Positions 17,841 to 28,899 of a stretch of 64,000 bases of DNA are shown in pieces. The position numbers were made by a program, and so were the translations under genes. Below the pieces are notes generated by a model. The model did no database searches. It saw only the letters and a list, made by a program, of their open reading frames with translations, and had not been told where the DNA came from. The stretch spans positions 67,085-131,084 of IMG/VR virus record IMGVR_UViG_3300015370_000568; one strand, given 5' to 3'. The DNA is from a virus. The first letter of the stretch is position 1, and every line of letters starts with the position of its first letter.

Positions 17841-20081
17841 CTATTGAGTTACTCTTACACTCCACCTGGTAAACATTGGAGTAACATCAGGATCTCGTGT
17901 CGAAAGTACAGCAGCAAACATTACACTATCCCAAGTCTGCTTGGCTCTGGTAAATTCTACCACGAATCTCTCATTCTTGAAATCATCGTCTTGTGGATTG
18001 AATTTTACTAGAATACCTGTAGCAAATTCATCAGCTGCAATACCATAATAGATCCTGGGCTTCCAGGCGAAAATCCCATAATTATCATCAGGTTGGCCGT
18101 TAAAAGTAGAAGCATCCACCCGTTTCAAATAGTTCCCTGCCCATCTATCTGCTCCAATATACACCTTGTGAGCTGTAGGGAAACTAGCTCCATACTGATA
18201 TCCCTCAATCAATAGTTTATGATTGTAAGGGAAAAGTGGATCTAACCTGTAAAGATCAAAGTTATCAGTAGCTCCTTGAGTTACATTTCGCCAATACTTT
18301 TCATGACTCTTTACCGTATGAACTCCATACGGAATTAAAACTCCTCCAGATTGAGGCGCTAGACCATCAATAATCATCTCTGTATCGCCTAGCTCTAAAG
18401 CTAAACCATGAGGATTATCAACCCATATCGCACTAATATAGTAAGGAGCTTCGAATCTCCATCCACGTAATTTATCTCTGACTTCTTCTGTTGTCCCTAA
18501 TTCACCTACATTGCGCCAGACATGGATATTATCGGGGACTACACCTAAATCTGGGTCAAATAGATGACTTAGAACTGCATTTACTGGTTTGGCCGGAACA
18601 AAACATTTTTCAGGAGCTGTAACACTAGTTCCTGTAACTGTCTCTGTGATAGTATTCCAGGCTACTAATGTGAAATATCGTCCTGGAATAACTTCTCGCC
18701 AATCTGTTTTTGTATTGTCGTAAGGAATACTTACATCTTCAATGATATATCGACCTGCTTCAGCAAAATCAATAATCTGAGGCTTAGTAGGAGAGAGTCT
18801 ATTGATAGGGTCAATACTTTGCCAGCTAGCTCCTTCGTCTACACTGAGGAAGTAGTTGATGATGGTGCCTTCTGGCACATCTTCACAGACTTCACATGAA
18901 GCCCGGTTGAATCTAAACGTCCCTGTATCCGCATAGTCAGAGACAGAAGAAAGCAGGTTGCTGCCAGTAGTAGGTTTGAGGGCCACTGTTTGATAGAAAG
19001 CCCGCTTTGTTGTGTCATATGTATCATGCCAGAGAGAGATTTCTTTTGCGCCAAATTCATAGACAAAACTCCCCCGCTGTTCATAATCATAGTTGTCTTT
19101 TTGAAACAATATCTTTACATACTTAGCTGATACCTTTGGAAAAACAAAAGTTACTGCTTCATCAGCTGTCTTTGCTAAGTTAGTATTGGGGAAGAAATAC
19201 CAGTTCTTTGAGTCATCTGAATACTGAGGAGTTACTTGAGTAACAGTATGAGGAGTAACAGTATGAAGAAGAACATCCAGCCTCGAAAACTCTAGAGCCT
19301 CATCACCTAATTTGAAGACTAAAGAACCAGAAACTTTACCTGGCTCAGCCATACGAACAATATGTTTCCATACCTGTTCAACTGGAGTGAAAGCATAGAC
19401 TAGTCTAGCACTAGGAGCTAATGACGAAGACAGCATACCTTTCAAGCTCTGGATTTTGAAAGAAATGTCGCGTTCTTCAATATCCCATAGAGCTAACTTG
19501 CCAGTAGCAGAAGTGCCAGATGTATCTGGCGGGAAACTAACCATATGTTTCCCTGTATCTAGCTTAACAGAAAGAAAATCTCCTTGAGCAATATTGCCGC
19601 CACCAAGAGATTCAGCAAGAGTCTGAGCTAATACACTAGCTACTTTTTTGAAACTATCGGCCGATCTGAAATTATCTCCGATATGACTATGATAGCCAGT
19701 TGTATCACTTATTCTATGCAACAACCTCTCAACTCTATCAGTCAAGTCATCAATCTCTTGTTCAGATGATTGTAATTCGGCATCCCATCTATCAGACAGC
19801 ATGACACTCTGGTCTACAAGACGTAAAGTAGCATCATAAATAGCTTCGAAATCTGTTTTCATCTTCTCGAGCATATCTTTCCAACTAGCAGCACTACTTT
19901 CTGTTCCAACAGTTACTTTAGCTACAGTCTTTGATGTCAACGGAGTAGATAAATCATTATCATCCAGATAGACTTCTAAAGCACTATCGACTGTATCTCC
20001 TTCTAAAGGAGTTCCAGCTTCCAGGATTTCCTGAATCAAGGAAGAAAGAATCCGCAGCTTATAGACGTCTTCTATTCGCAT
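17841..20081 (-). CDS. Baseplate/virion structural protein (discoidin-like domain), paralogue 3
   Basis: PQYSDDSKNW, KYVKILF, YEFGAKEI, YFLSVDEGASW, C-terminal TPMF; shares architecture with the next two genes. Confidence 0.6.
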   Translation of the reverse strand: MRIEDVYKLRILSSLIQEILEAGTPLEGDTVDSALEVYLDDNDLSTPLTSKTVAKVTVGTESSAASWKDMLEKMKTDFEAIYDATLRLVDQSVMLSDRWDAELQSSEQEIDDLTDRVERLLHRISDTTGYHSHIGDNFRSADSFKKVASVLAQTLAESLGGGNIAQGDFLSVKLDTGKHMVSFPPDTSGTSATGKLALWDIEERDISFKIQSLKGMLSSSLAPSARLVYAFTPVEQVWKHIVRMAEPGKVSGSLVFKLGDEALEFSRLDVLLHTVTPHTVTQVTPQYSDDSKNWYFFPNTNLAKTADEAVTFVFPKVSAKYVKILFQKDNYDYEQRGSFVYEFGAKEISLWHDTYDTTKRAFYQTVALKPTTGSNLLSSVSDYADTGTFRFNRASCEVCEDVPEGTIINYFLSVDEGASWQSIDPINRLSPTKPQIIDFAEAGRYIIEDVSIPYDNTKTDWREVIPGRYFTLVAWNTITETVTGTSVTAPEKCFVPAKPVNAVLSHLFDPDLGVVPDNIHVWRNVGELGTTEEVRDKLRGWRFEAPYYISAIWVDNPHGLALELGDTEMIIDGLAPQSGGVLIPYGVHTVKSHEKYWRNVTQGATDNFDLYRLDPLFPYNHKLLIEGYQYGASFPTAHKVYIGADRWAGNYLKRVDASTFNGQPDDNYGIFAWKPRIYYGIAADEFATGILVKFNPQDDDFKNERFVVEFTRAKQTWDSVMFAAVLSTRDPDVTPMFTRWSVRVTQ

Positions 20082-23000
20082 CTAGGTAATCATCCTGTCT
20101 TGTGTCACAATTTGCAATGAATATCCTCTGAGAATCGGACTGAAATACTTACCCAATTCTGCTAAAGCTTCTGGCTGCATAGCGTTATAAGTATATGTCA
20201 CATACAGCCGCTGCTGACCATATACTGATTGTCCCTTTTCCATTGGAACAGTCAATCCAGGATGAAAAGAAGAACCCCCTGAACTAGCAATATCTGCAAA
20301 ATCTTTGACTGCTGTTGCCGCCAAATTCAATTTAGTCCCGTTAACCGCAAAATCATCCGACAATAGCTTCATCCCTATATCATACTCAGCCAATATGTAT
20401 AGGAACTGATAATCTACTGTTAAAGATGCGGTAAAATTACCCCAAATATAGAGAATACCATGAGCATAGTCGACCATATAGGTACCGCCATCCTCAAGTT
20501 CTCTGGTGGGGTCAAGATATGTATAGGAGACTGTCCCGTAATCAGCTGGTAGAGCTCCGTCTATTCGTACAACAATCGTCCGATTATCTGCCTTAAACGT
20601 CCAATCTCCATCTGTCGTCAAAGCAGCAAGGTTGACCTTATATGTCTTGAATACAGAAGTATTGGAAAACTGAGCTGTATTAGGCATTGCTGCTTTGAAA
20701 GTAGTCATCTTCATTCTATAAAGAACTGGAGCTTCTATCCCGTCATATTCAAGAATTTCATTAGCCGCTACACGAGTATATAGTTTGGAATCAAAAGGGA
20801 CTTCCTTGGTCAAATTGGCAGCTTCACTACCTGTAAACCGTAGACTTCCTTTCACGATGGATTCGTGTCCTAGGAAGAGAGCTTCAAGATCGTTCCCTGA
20901 AGGAGAAAGAACAATCGAAGCGGAGATAGGATGGAAGGCTTGCGGTTTTAGACGAATCTGATCAGGCTTGCCAGGAATAATCTCGAAAGCATCACTTCCT
21001 AGGACTTCTGCATCTACATAATCAAACTGTGCCGCATCATGCGGCCTGGCATAATCGTATGTATGGACATAACCATTCATTAAATCTGCTGTCCATTCAC
21101 CAGGATTAGCTAAATTCGTAGCAAAAATGCCAGCAAAATCTTGCGGGTTTGCATCATATCCTGGAGACCACCCTGTTGATAACAGTTTGATGGAATCCAT
21201 GATGATATTCTTATAGCCGAGATCATGTGTAGTCTCGCCTGGTTGTAAAGGAACTAATGCACCTGTCTTTTTACCTTTGACTGCTTTAAGAACTAATCCG
21301 CCACCACCCACAAAGGCAGGAGCATGTTCCAAATAGGCTATATCGCCATCAACAAGAAGTTTCTCTGGTGAGAAATAGATTTCGAAATCCATGGGGATAT
21401 AGTTAGCAGAATCAACTGTCCAGGGGTCAAGAGGATTCATATTGAAGACATGAAGATCTATTGACCCTGTTGCTCTGTCGATTGAATACTGTGTAGGTTG
21501 TAGCCAGCCATAATCTTTCATCTTGACGAGAATAGTATTCTCATATTCAGGACTACCAAGAGTAGGAAAAGAACCAGCAGGAATATCAAGACCTGAAGAA
21601 GTTACAATTTCACTATATTGCCGCCGCATTTGTTTACGCGGCCCATAAGCTCTAAACCCTCTCCCTTCATCTATCATGCCATTCAATGAATCAACTTTTG
21701 AAGTAGTCTTTGACTCTCGTTGAGCATACTGAGGTAACTGAAGTAGAGAACGACCCGTAGCTGTAATCTTCATTGGATTGGACCAACGTCCCTTTGACCC
21801 AAAGAAAGAACCAGAGAAAACTACATTCACATCACTAATTGGCTTATGTTGTAGAGTTACTGAGAAAGGAGATTCAGTTGGGAAATTGAAACTCTCTACC
21901 ATTACTCGAGGCATTTCACGGAAAGTACCTGAACCCTGGAAAGCTCCACTATTACGACGAAGAATAGCTTTGTATCTCAACTCTGTAGGAGAAATATCTC
22001 CTGTACTGAGAGCTCCATCTTCTGGACCATTAAGATTCAAAACTTCAGGGATATCAGGAGACCCAACAAACTTAGCTGGCTTGATTCTATGCCAACTAGC
22101 ACCTTTATTCCAAGAAATCAGATGTTCAATGGCGCAAAAGTCATTCTCGGAAGCTGGATTCTGAGCAGTTTTGATGAATACTTTTCTAGCCGGAGAGGTC
22201 AAAGAAATAGGCTTAGAAAGAATAGCCCCAGTATCCTTATAGACATTCCCTCTAATTTCAACATCTCTGATTCCAATCGCATATCGTAACCGCTGACCAG
22301 CAGTTGTCTCAATACTATAGGCTTCGTTCTGACTTAACTGAAAACGAAGATACTTGGCTTTCCGAGGAAGACACATGTAAATGCCAATACCAGAAAACTT
22401 ACCTCCAGCAGGGCCTAGACGAAAAGTATTGTCTTCATCATCGATAACAAAATCGCCAAATGGTACTTCATCTTTGATTGATAACCATTCAGAACCATCA
22501 ACCGAAGACTCTATCTCCACAACCCGAGAAGTCCTGGCAGTACCAAAGTTGTTTGGATTGATTCTTACTTCATTGATAATACTTGTCTGGGCTAAAGTGG
22601 CAATAACTGTCAATAATAGCGGTCCTGTAGATTCATCTTCTTTATCATCTACCCGCTCATACTCTGCCCATGTATCAGGGTTATTATCGAGAATATCCCC
22701 AAGAGTACCATGATATTCAGCACCAATTTCCTGGTTGTTTCCAATAACCCCATTACCCGTAACAGTCACTGTAGCAATATTGATATTACTCGGAGCAGTT
22801 GTGTCTAACGGTAGAACAACTACCCCATCAGCATCATTGATGCAACACAAGTCTTCTGTCAGAAGTGGAGAAGCCATATCTAATCTGGATAGATTGTCAA
22901 AACTGTCTCCCCAAACATAGGCATCTGTCATACCATTACGGAACATAGTAAGGTCGACTAGTCTAGAAGCAGTAAGTTGAGCTTTGTTTCTGACTCGGCC

Positions 23001-23348
23001 AAGCCGAGAAGTAGCTATATTCCAGCCTTCAACAATAGATGCTCCAAGAGTTTCTAAGAGACCTAAGACTACTTCCATATTGGAGATATAGTCATTGATA
23101 TTACCAGGAATATGTTCTTCTATTAACCTGCCCCAAGAAGTAGGAATATAGGGTTCAAAAGAAAGACCACCACCTTCATCATTAGCAAACTGAACCTTCT
23201 GCATCATCTCGGTAGTAGCTCGAAATAACTCTTCTCTAGTAGTAGCATCAGAAGAAGACACTACATCTTGTACAGACTTCTGTAATGCTCGTAATTGTTC
23301 TTGAATAAGCCAAGGGCCTGGCCGACGATTGAATTTATTCCTCATCAA
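20082..23348 (-). CDS. Baseplate/virion structural protein (discoidin-like domain), paralogue 2
   Basis: ILDNNPDTW, IESSVDGSEW, AKYLRFQL, YAIGIRDV, SWNKGASW, C-terminal SPIL. Confidence 0.6.
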   Translation of the reverse strand: MMRNKFNRRPGPWLIQEQLRALQKSVQDVVSSSDATTREELFRATTEMMQKVQFANDEGGGLSFEPYIPTSWGRLIEEHIPGNINDYISNMEVVLGLLETLGASIVEGWNIATSRLGRVRNKAQLTASRLVDLTMFRNGMTDAYVWGDSFDNLSRLDMASPLLTEDLCCINDADGVVVLPLDTTAPSNINIATVTVTGNGVIGNNQEIGAEYHGTLGDILDNNPDTWAEYERVDDKEDESTGPLLLTVIATLAQTSIINEVRINPNNFGTARTSRVVEIESSVDGSEWLSIKDEVPFGDFVIDDEDNTFRLGPAGGKFSGIGIYMCLPRKAKYLRFQLSQNEAYSIETTAGQRLRYAIGIRDVEIRGNVYKDTGAILSKPISLTSPARKVFIKTAQNPASENDFCAIEHLISWNKGASWHRIKPAKFVGSPDIPEVLNLNGPEDGALSTGDISPTELRYKAILRRNSGAFQGSGTFREMPRVMVESFNFPTESPFSVTLQHKPISDVNVVFSGSFFGSKGRWSNPMKITATGRSLLQLPQYAQRESKTTSKVDSLNGMIDEGRGFRAYGPRKQMRRQYSEIVTSSGLDIPAGSFPTLGSPEYENTILVKMKDYGWLQPTQYSIDRATGSIDLHVFNMNPLDPWTVDSANYIPMDFEIYFSPEKLLVDGDIAYLEHAPAFVGGGGLVLKAVKGKKTGALVPLQPGETTHDLGYKNIIMDSIKLLSTGWSPGYDANPQDFAGIFATNLANPGEWTADLMNGYVHTYDYARPHDAAQFDYVDAEVLGSDAFEIIPGKPDQIRLKPQAFHPISASIVLSPSGNDLEALFLGHESIVKGSLRFTGSEAANLTKEVPFDSKLYTRVAANEILEYDGIEAPVLYRMKMTTFKAAMPNTAQFSNTSVFKTYKVNLAALTTDGDWTFKADNRTIVVRIDGALPADYGTVSYTYLDPTRELEDGGTYMVDYAHGILYIWGNFTASLTVDYQFLYILAEYDIGMKLLSDDFAVNGTKLNLAATAVKDFADIASSGGSSFHPGLTVPMEKGQSVYGQQRLYVTYTYNAMQPEALAELGKYFSPILRGYSLQIVTQDRMIT

Positions 23349-25449
23349 CAGGCCTCTCGAAAGCTACCAAACGGAAGTTTTTTAGCACAGGCGTTACTCC
23401 TGGAAACCTACCTTTACCATTATTGCGTAACATAACGATTACTGCAACTTCCGAAGCAACCACATTCTGGTCATCTTCAGCATCAAACTCATAAAAACCA
23501 TGTTCATTAACTGTTAGACTGGTATCTCCCAACACATCTAAGTAGTGTAATAGAGCTGTGTTTTCTGAGTCTTGAGGCTTACCATTCAGATTACTAAATT
23601 CACCCCGATACATAGCAACATAAGCACTTTCTCTGACTGGACTGGTCAAGAAGATACCTAATTGCATCGGCGCACCATTATTGATAGCTACATTGCTATA
23701 TGTAGCTGAAGCTTGCCAAGCTGTTTCTCTTTGACCATCACGGAAAATGAATAAGTTCTGCTTCAAAGTAGCAAGGTCAGTAGCTGCTACACCTGTTGGC
23801 CACCAACCGAAAGGCATAAATCGTAACATCCCAACATCATTTGAAGAAGCAGTAGACCCTGACTCTTTTTTGGTCAATAAGAGACGGTCACAAGTATATC
23901 GACCGATAAATAAAGGCATGACAGGAAATACTTCTCGCCTTAATAGCTTAGTCTTATCCTTGTCAGCATAATCCCATTTACATAGATAGAACTCAATTGA
24001 CCCTAACATCTCAGAAGGGTCAACAGTCGCAATATCAACTGGCATGAAATCACTAACAGTATCGGTATATTGAACATCTAAAGAAGTCAATTCTCGATAT
24101 GGAAGTAACCAGTCACCAGCAATACCAATAGAAGCAAGTCGTCCAAAATTGACTGGCCGACTGACAAATATTCCTTTCTCTTCGAAAGAAGCTAATCCTA
24201 CATAAACATTATCAATACCCAGAAAATACTCTACATACTCTCGCTCACTAAATGTCTGTTCTACTAACCCCATTACTTCTTGAACTTTTGCTGTCGGGAA
24301 AGTCCCATACAATAGTTCTTCAAGTGCTGATTGAGCTGTCTCTGCATCTGTCTGTTCATGGTCGGAAGCAGTTAAGAATGTCACTGTTCTATATGACCGA
24401 CTTTCAAAGGTAAGCTTCACCTTAGTTGCTTGAGCTGTTGCAAAATGCAATACTCTAGCTCCACGAAGGCGAATACCACCATCAAAAGTAGTAGTCTCCC
24501 ATAATGTTGTCCACGCCCCCTCTTTGAAAGCTTCAACTGCTACCAAGTAAGCTTCACTAGAAAGAATAGGTTCGATTTCAATGTAATTGAAAGAGACAAG
24601 CTCTTGAAACTCAACTTCTAGTTTATGAAAGACACCTGCAGAAGTAGGTGCTGTAGGATGAGCAGGATCGCCTGACCGAGGAGTAGTTAGAAGGACACTC
24701 CTGGCCCAATAAGTCCCATCTTGGCCATCAATAGCATTAGCTGGACCGAGATCATCAAGATCCACAGCATATTCAGATGCTTGAGAGGGACGAGAACCTG
24801 TATTTTCTACAATAACCCTGGCCGACCTTGGTCTATGAATCCTTGAAGCTTTAATAGGTAGTTTCAGTTCATCATTCTTGCCTAAAGAACAATCAAGTTT
24901 TCTAGGAACATCTGTAGCTGTCAAGGGGTCAACATAGAGAAGCCGATAATCTCTTTGTGCCCGCTCAGCAAACACAAATTCACCCTCATCAACACGAGCT
25001 ACCGATGAACCATAAGTCTGACTATTGAACTGGTTGAGACTAGCCAGTAATTCATGAATTTCTACTTCGCCGCGTAATCTAGTAATGATTTTCTTTAAGT
25101 CTTGCGAAACTGCTTTGAACATCAAAGTCTTTTGGGCAGTTAGGATTCTGTCAATATTGTTGACTTCTTCAAAAGCAGCCAGAAGGTCTGAAGAAAGGAG
25201 AGAAAGAGTATTATTAAGAGCCGGCGTCCCTACATTATTTCCTTGAGTAAGCTGTAACTGTTGAGCTAAAGGACTGAGTAGTCTATCTTTAATCTTGGGA
25301 ATAAGTGACTCTAGTTCTTTACGATACTCCGATAGAGACCGAAGATTACCTTGGTCTTTATCTAATTGCAGCTTGCCAAATATCTGAGCAGATTGTTCTG
25401 CTCCCAAGATATGTCTAAAGCGTTCAAGATAGTTAGTCTGAAGTGGCAT
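23335..25449 (-). CDS. Baseplate/virion structural protein (discoidin-like domain), paralogue 1
   Basis: NAIDGQDGTYW, ATKVKLTF, YFLGIDNV, C-terminal TPVL. Confidence 0.6.
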   Translation of the reverse strand: MPLQTNYLERFRHILGAEQSAQIFGKLQLDKDQGNLRSLSEYRKELESLIPKIKDRLLSPLAQQLQLTQGNNVGTPALNNTLSLLSSDLLAAFEEVNNIDRILTAQKTLMFKAVSQDLKKIITRLRGEVEIHELLASLNQFNSQTYGSSVARVDEGEFVFAERAQRDYRLLYVDPLTATDVPRKLDCSLGKNDELKLPIKASRIHRPRSARVIVENTGSRPSQASEYAVDLDDLGPANAIDGQDGTYWARSVLLTTPRSGDPAHPTAPTSAGVFHKLEVEFQELVSFNYIEIEPILSSEAYLVAVEAFKEGAWTTLWETTTFDGGIRLRGARVLHFATAQATKVKLTFESRSYRTVTFLTASDHEQTDAETAQSALEELLYGTFPTAKVQEVMGLVEQTFSEREYVEYFLGIDNVYVGLASFEEKGIFVSRPVNFGRLASIGIAGDWLLPYRELTSLDVQYTDTVSDFMPVDIATVDPSEMLGSIEFYLCKWDYADKDKTKLLRREVFPVMPLFIGRYTCDRLLLTKKESGSTASSNDVGMLRFMPFGWWPTGVAATDLATLKQNLFIFRDGQRETAWQASATYSNVAINNGAPMQLGIFLTSPVRESAYVAMYRGEFSNLNGKPQDSENTALLHYLDVLGDTSLTVNEHGFYEFDAEDDQNVVASEVAVIVMLRNNGKGRFPGVTPVLKNFRLVAFERPVDEE

Positions 25450-25914
25450 TTAGATTGCTACCCTCTCTTCTTCAGAATACCACCGGTTAGGTGTCATGCC
25501 TACAGCAACAGCATCATGTCCGTCATTAATAGAGACAGTAAACCAAAAGTCAGATGGCCGATTAATCAAAGTAATAGCTCCTTCAACTCCTTCATCTAAC
25601 TCTGTTTGATTCCATAACCTATAGAGCTGGACATGTCCAGCTGGTTCAAGTCTGATTTCTTCTCGAGTCCATCCTATAGCATCTCCAACTTGTCTTTGAA
25701 GAATACGTCTACTACCATGACAACAAAACCAGTATAACCCCTTTCCTTCTATATCTACACGCCAATGAGTAGTCCAACCAGTCTCAAGAGAGAAAGGAAA
25801 TAATACCCCGGCACCAGAAAGATAAGTCGAATCATACCAAGTAGCTGTCCCACGAGCAGTAATGACTCCATCGGACAACTGAATCCAATGAGGAGAATTA
25901 TGGCAATGCAACAT
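25450..25914 (-). CDS. Hypothetical protein
   Basis: ORF in operon. ATG 25914 (after AGGA) avoids most of the overlap given by the 26019 start. Confidence 0.55.
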   Translation of the reverse strand: MLHCHNSPHWIQLSDGVITARGTATWYDSTYLSGAGVLFPFSLETGWTTHWRVDIEGKGLYWFCCHGSRRILQRQVGDAIGWTREEIRLEPAGHVQLYRLWNQTELDEGVEGAITLINRPSDFWFTVSINDGHDAVAVGMTPNRWYSEEERVAI

Positions 25915-26656
25915 GATTAAATCCTGTAAAGAAATATCGGTCACTGGTTGCCGGGTCTTCATAAGTACATGCCATTCCGAGGCCAAGAGTACTAAAAAGA
26001 TGATGGAGAGAAGCTGCATCAGTAATATCTACCCAAAGCCGCAAAGTTAATACAGAACCAACTGGAAACCATACCTGTGCAATGATATTATTTGGCCAAG
26101 GACCCGATGGGGCTGCCGGCCAAAAAGCTCCCCCTGTGTTAAACCAGTCAAACGCTTGCGGCTGAGCTAATAGAAGGTCAGCTGAACTAGACCCTCTGCC
26201 TGTAGTAGGGTAAGGAGCAATAGGTACTGGAGTTTGCCCGAAAGCTAATTTGTCATTCCATCCACTCTCTGGTGGATTTGGAGAAATAGCATGCAAGAAG
26301 TTATAGTAACCTGTTGCATCTGCAAATTGTATAATGAGCCCTTGTTGGTTAGGAAGGGCATATTGTCCTCCCTTAGTTAGTAAATCACTGACCACAACAG
26401 CTCGTTCAGCTTGTGTAGACGGAACATCTGTTTCGGTTGTATATGGTAACTCTCTCTCTTCTGGTAAAGGATAGAGATAGAACCCAAAATCCCATACATT
26501 GACAGCACTATCATTTCTTATCCGAATAGTTACACTTTCTGTAGCTTCTTCCGTAAGAATTCCCTCGTCAGAAGTATTAATTCCTGGATTCAAAGGAATC
26601 TGTTTCTCATTAACCCCTAAGGTATCTAGTAAGGTGAATTGTATACGCTGTCTCAT
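25898..26656 (-). CDS. Hypothetical virion protein
   Basis: 252-aa ORF within the baseplate block. Confidence 0.55.
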   Translation of the reverse strand: MRQRIQFTLLDTLGVNEKQIPLNPGINTSDEGILTEEATESVTIRIRNDSAVNVWDFGFYLYPLPEERELPYTTETDVPSTQAERAVVVSDLLTKGGQYALPNQQGLIIQFADATGYYNFLHAISPNPPESGWNDKLAFGQTPVPIAPYPTTGRGSSSADLLLAQPQAFDWFNTGGAFWPAAPSGPWPNNIIAQVWFPVGSVLTLRLWVDITDAASLHHLFSTLGLGMACTYEDPATSDRYFFTGFNHVALP

Positions 26657-26658
26657 TT

Positions 26659-27246
26659 CTAAGTATCCTCAGGATTAGACAGAAGAGCTGTCCAAACTCC
26701 ACCAATAGCTTCCAATGTACACTTGGTATAGCGAATAGGCCCTAAAGCTGCTGAAGAAGTACTATCGCCATCTATATGATTGGCTCTTACCCAAATGAAA
26801 TTATCAACCCCACTAACAATAGCTACTAAGCCAGAATTTAATCCCGAACTAACAGCTTGTGGCTGATTAGATATTTGCTCAATCCATACTACATCCGGGT
26901 TGTTAAAAGGATCGGCTGTGGCTGTCAAGACATCAAAAGTACTACCCGGCTTCTGGTCTGGCCAAGTTATATTCACTACACCACTAGCAGGAATAGTAGA
27001 AACTGCCGAAATAACAGATGGTTTGGGATTTGTGTAATGAATACAAGGATAAACTCCTGCCGCTACATGTCTTTCACAAATACCTTTGACCATACTCTGA
27101 GTAAACTCGCCACTATGTTGAACGTCTAGAACCTGGGGAACTCGAAGAATACAAGCTGCAGCACGAGGCATATAGGGACCATCATGGTCTTCAACATCCC
27201 ATAACTGAAGTAATTCCCAGATATACTGGGCATACAAAGAGGCCAT
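26659..27246 (-). CDS. Baseplate protein (apparent C-terminal partner of 27247..28899) with Ig/FN3-like tail
   Basis: WD...DG.Y.P...G.F...H.AAGV motif; in frame with the upstream gene; own GGAG ribosome-binding site. Confidence 0.5.
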   Translation of the reverse strand: MASLYAQYIWELLQLWDVEDHDGPYMPRAAACILRVPQVLDVQHSGEFTQSMVKGICERHVAAGVYPCIHYTNPKPSVISAVSTIPASGVVNITWPDQKPGSTFDVLTATADPFNNPDVVWIEQISNQPQAVSSGLNSGLVAIVSGVDNFIWVRANHIDGDSTSSAALGPIRYTKCTLEAIGGVWTALLSNPEDT

Positions 27247-28899
27247 CTATGTAGTCTCCAGCACTGACTCTATGATACTTTCGCTCAATCCTCCGCCTTC
27301 TCGTCGCACATCTACCTTATCCAAGTCAGCTGGCTGTTGATTAGGAGAAATAGATATCTCGCCCAAAATCAAAGTCTTATAGTCCGGGAAACACTTTGTC
27401 GCTCTAAAAGAAGAATATGTAGAACCTACAACAGCAGACCAATCAGGATTACCATCACTTCCATCTTGTGAGCAGTAGGTGATTCTTCCTCGCCTATCTA
27501 CATAGAGAAAGTGAATCGATGCTTCTCTACCAGCAAGACCATATCCAATACTTTCGGGAACTAGATAGATAACAACCATTGTGCCGACAATATCATTATT
27601 CATGGTCGGGTTGAAATCTATATCTGTGATTTCATAGTTCATCTCTTCATAGTAGTAAGTAACATATAGTTTCCAATTGGCTGGGATTTCATAATCCAGG
27701 TAGACAAGCCCAGAAGGAACATCAACACCTAGAATAGCTTTCCAGCGTAAACCTCCTAAAGTATCATCTCTCTTCCCTAGAAGAGCTCCCTGAGAAGTAA
27801 AAATAGCTGTCAAGGTATCAGCCTCATTGTATGCATAGACAACAGGATGCATAGTTGTGGCATCTTCACCGACTCCACTAGTAACCCCGGGCATGACAAT
27901 TCTTTCTCTATTAGCTTTGTAGACAGATTTAGTTACCCGAGTCATCAACTCTTCCTGGACATATTTGAATGGCGGGAATGGGAAAAAGCTTTGTTTAGTG
28001 AGATACTCAGGAACATCATAGATATAAGGAACGCCGCCACTAAGAGAAAGAACTCGTCCATTAGATACTCTAGCAAACCATGGTACTTCTACAGAAAGAC
28101 CTTCTGGCATGACTAATTGAATCTTGTTATCTGTTCTGGGTCTAACAGCATATGTAGTATTCAGCGGCAAAGTAATTTCTATATATCCGTAGTTCTCAGT
28201 AATAAGATAAGCATCGGCCGTGATTTTTAGAGAAAGGTCAGGATTCAAGTCATCAGTATCTGCTAGAATGAAAATAGGTTCTTGAGATAGAAGGTCTGTA
28301 TAGACATGATGAGCTACTGAACTATCTCCACGAGTGTAGCGGAGAGCATAACGAACGTAATAGAGATTCCACCGGCCAGAATGAAAATCAAACTCATTCT
28401 GCAAATTAGAATACACAACCCCATTTGTCAGGTCATACTGAATCTGTGGATGTTTATACTCCTTCATGTTTCTATCAAGAACTTGCATAGCAACTATTGT
28501 TATAGCCCCTGAAGGATTGATATCTGATTCACCTAGACTAGAAAGCAGTGTCTTGATTCTCTTCTGTACACTGTGTTTCCAAAAGAGAGGAGCTAACTTT
28601 ACAGAACCAGAAGAATCGCCGCCGACAAAAACATCTGTCACTAAGAATTGATAGTATCGAAGTATTTTTGATTGTCCGACAAATACTTCATAATCCGAGT
28701 CTTCAATACCCCAGTTAGCAGATAATTCTCCTGACCTATCTGTATTATGTATGACTCTATCAGAAGAAATAGATTCACCAGCAAGATAGGCTATGTTTAC
28801 ATTACTAGCCGAACTGGCCGCAACAATACGAAACTGGTCACGTCGTTTGACGACGTTCAAAATGATATTTGCATTGTTCTGAACCTGTTCGTTAGCCAT
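27247..28899 (-). CDS. Baseplate structural protein
   Basis: PWFARVSNG, VDVPSGLVYL, DFNP, C-terminal DVRREGGGL; position in the baseplate block. Confidence 0.55.
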   Translation of the reverse strand: MANEQVQNNANIILNVVKRRDQFRIVAASSASNVNIAYLAGESISSDRVIHNTDRSGELSANWGIEDSDYEVFVGQSKILRYYQFLVTDVFVGGDSSGSVKLAPLFWKHSVQKRIKTLLSSLGESDINPSGAITIVAMQVLDRNMKEYKHPQIQYDLTNGVVYSNLQNEFDFHSGRWNLYYVRYALRYTRGDSSVAHHVYTDLLSQEPIFILADTDDLNPDLSLKITADAYLITENYGYIEITLPLNTTYAVRPRTDNKIQLVMPEGLSVEVPWFARVSNGRVLSLSGGVPYIYDVPEYLTKQSFFPFPPFKYVQEELMTRVTKSVYKANRERIVMPGVTSGVGEDATTMHPVVYAYNEADTLTAIFTSQGALLGKRDDTLGGLRWKAILGVDVPSGLVYLDYEIPANWKLYVTYYYEEMNYEITDIDFNPTMNNDIVGTMVVIYLVPESIGYGLAGREASIHFLYVDRRGRITYCSQDGSDGNPDWSAVVGSTYSSFRATKCFPDYKTLILGEISISPNQQPADLDKVDVRREGGGLSESIIESVLETT

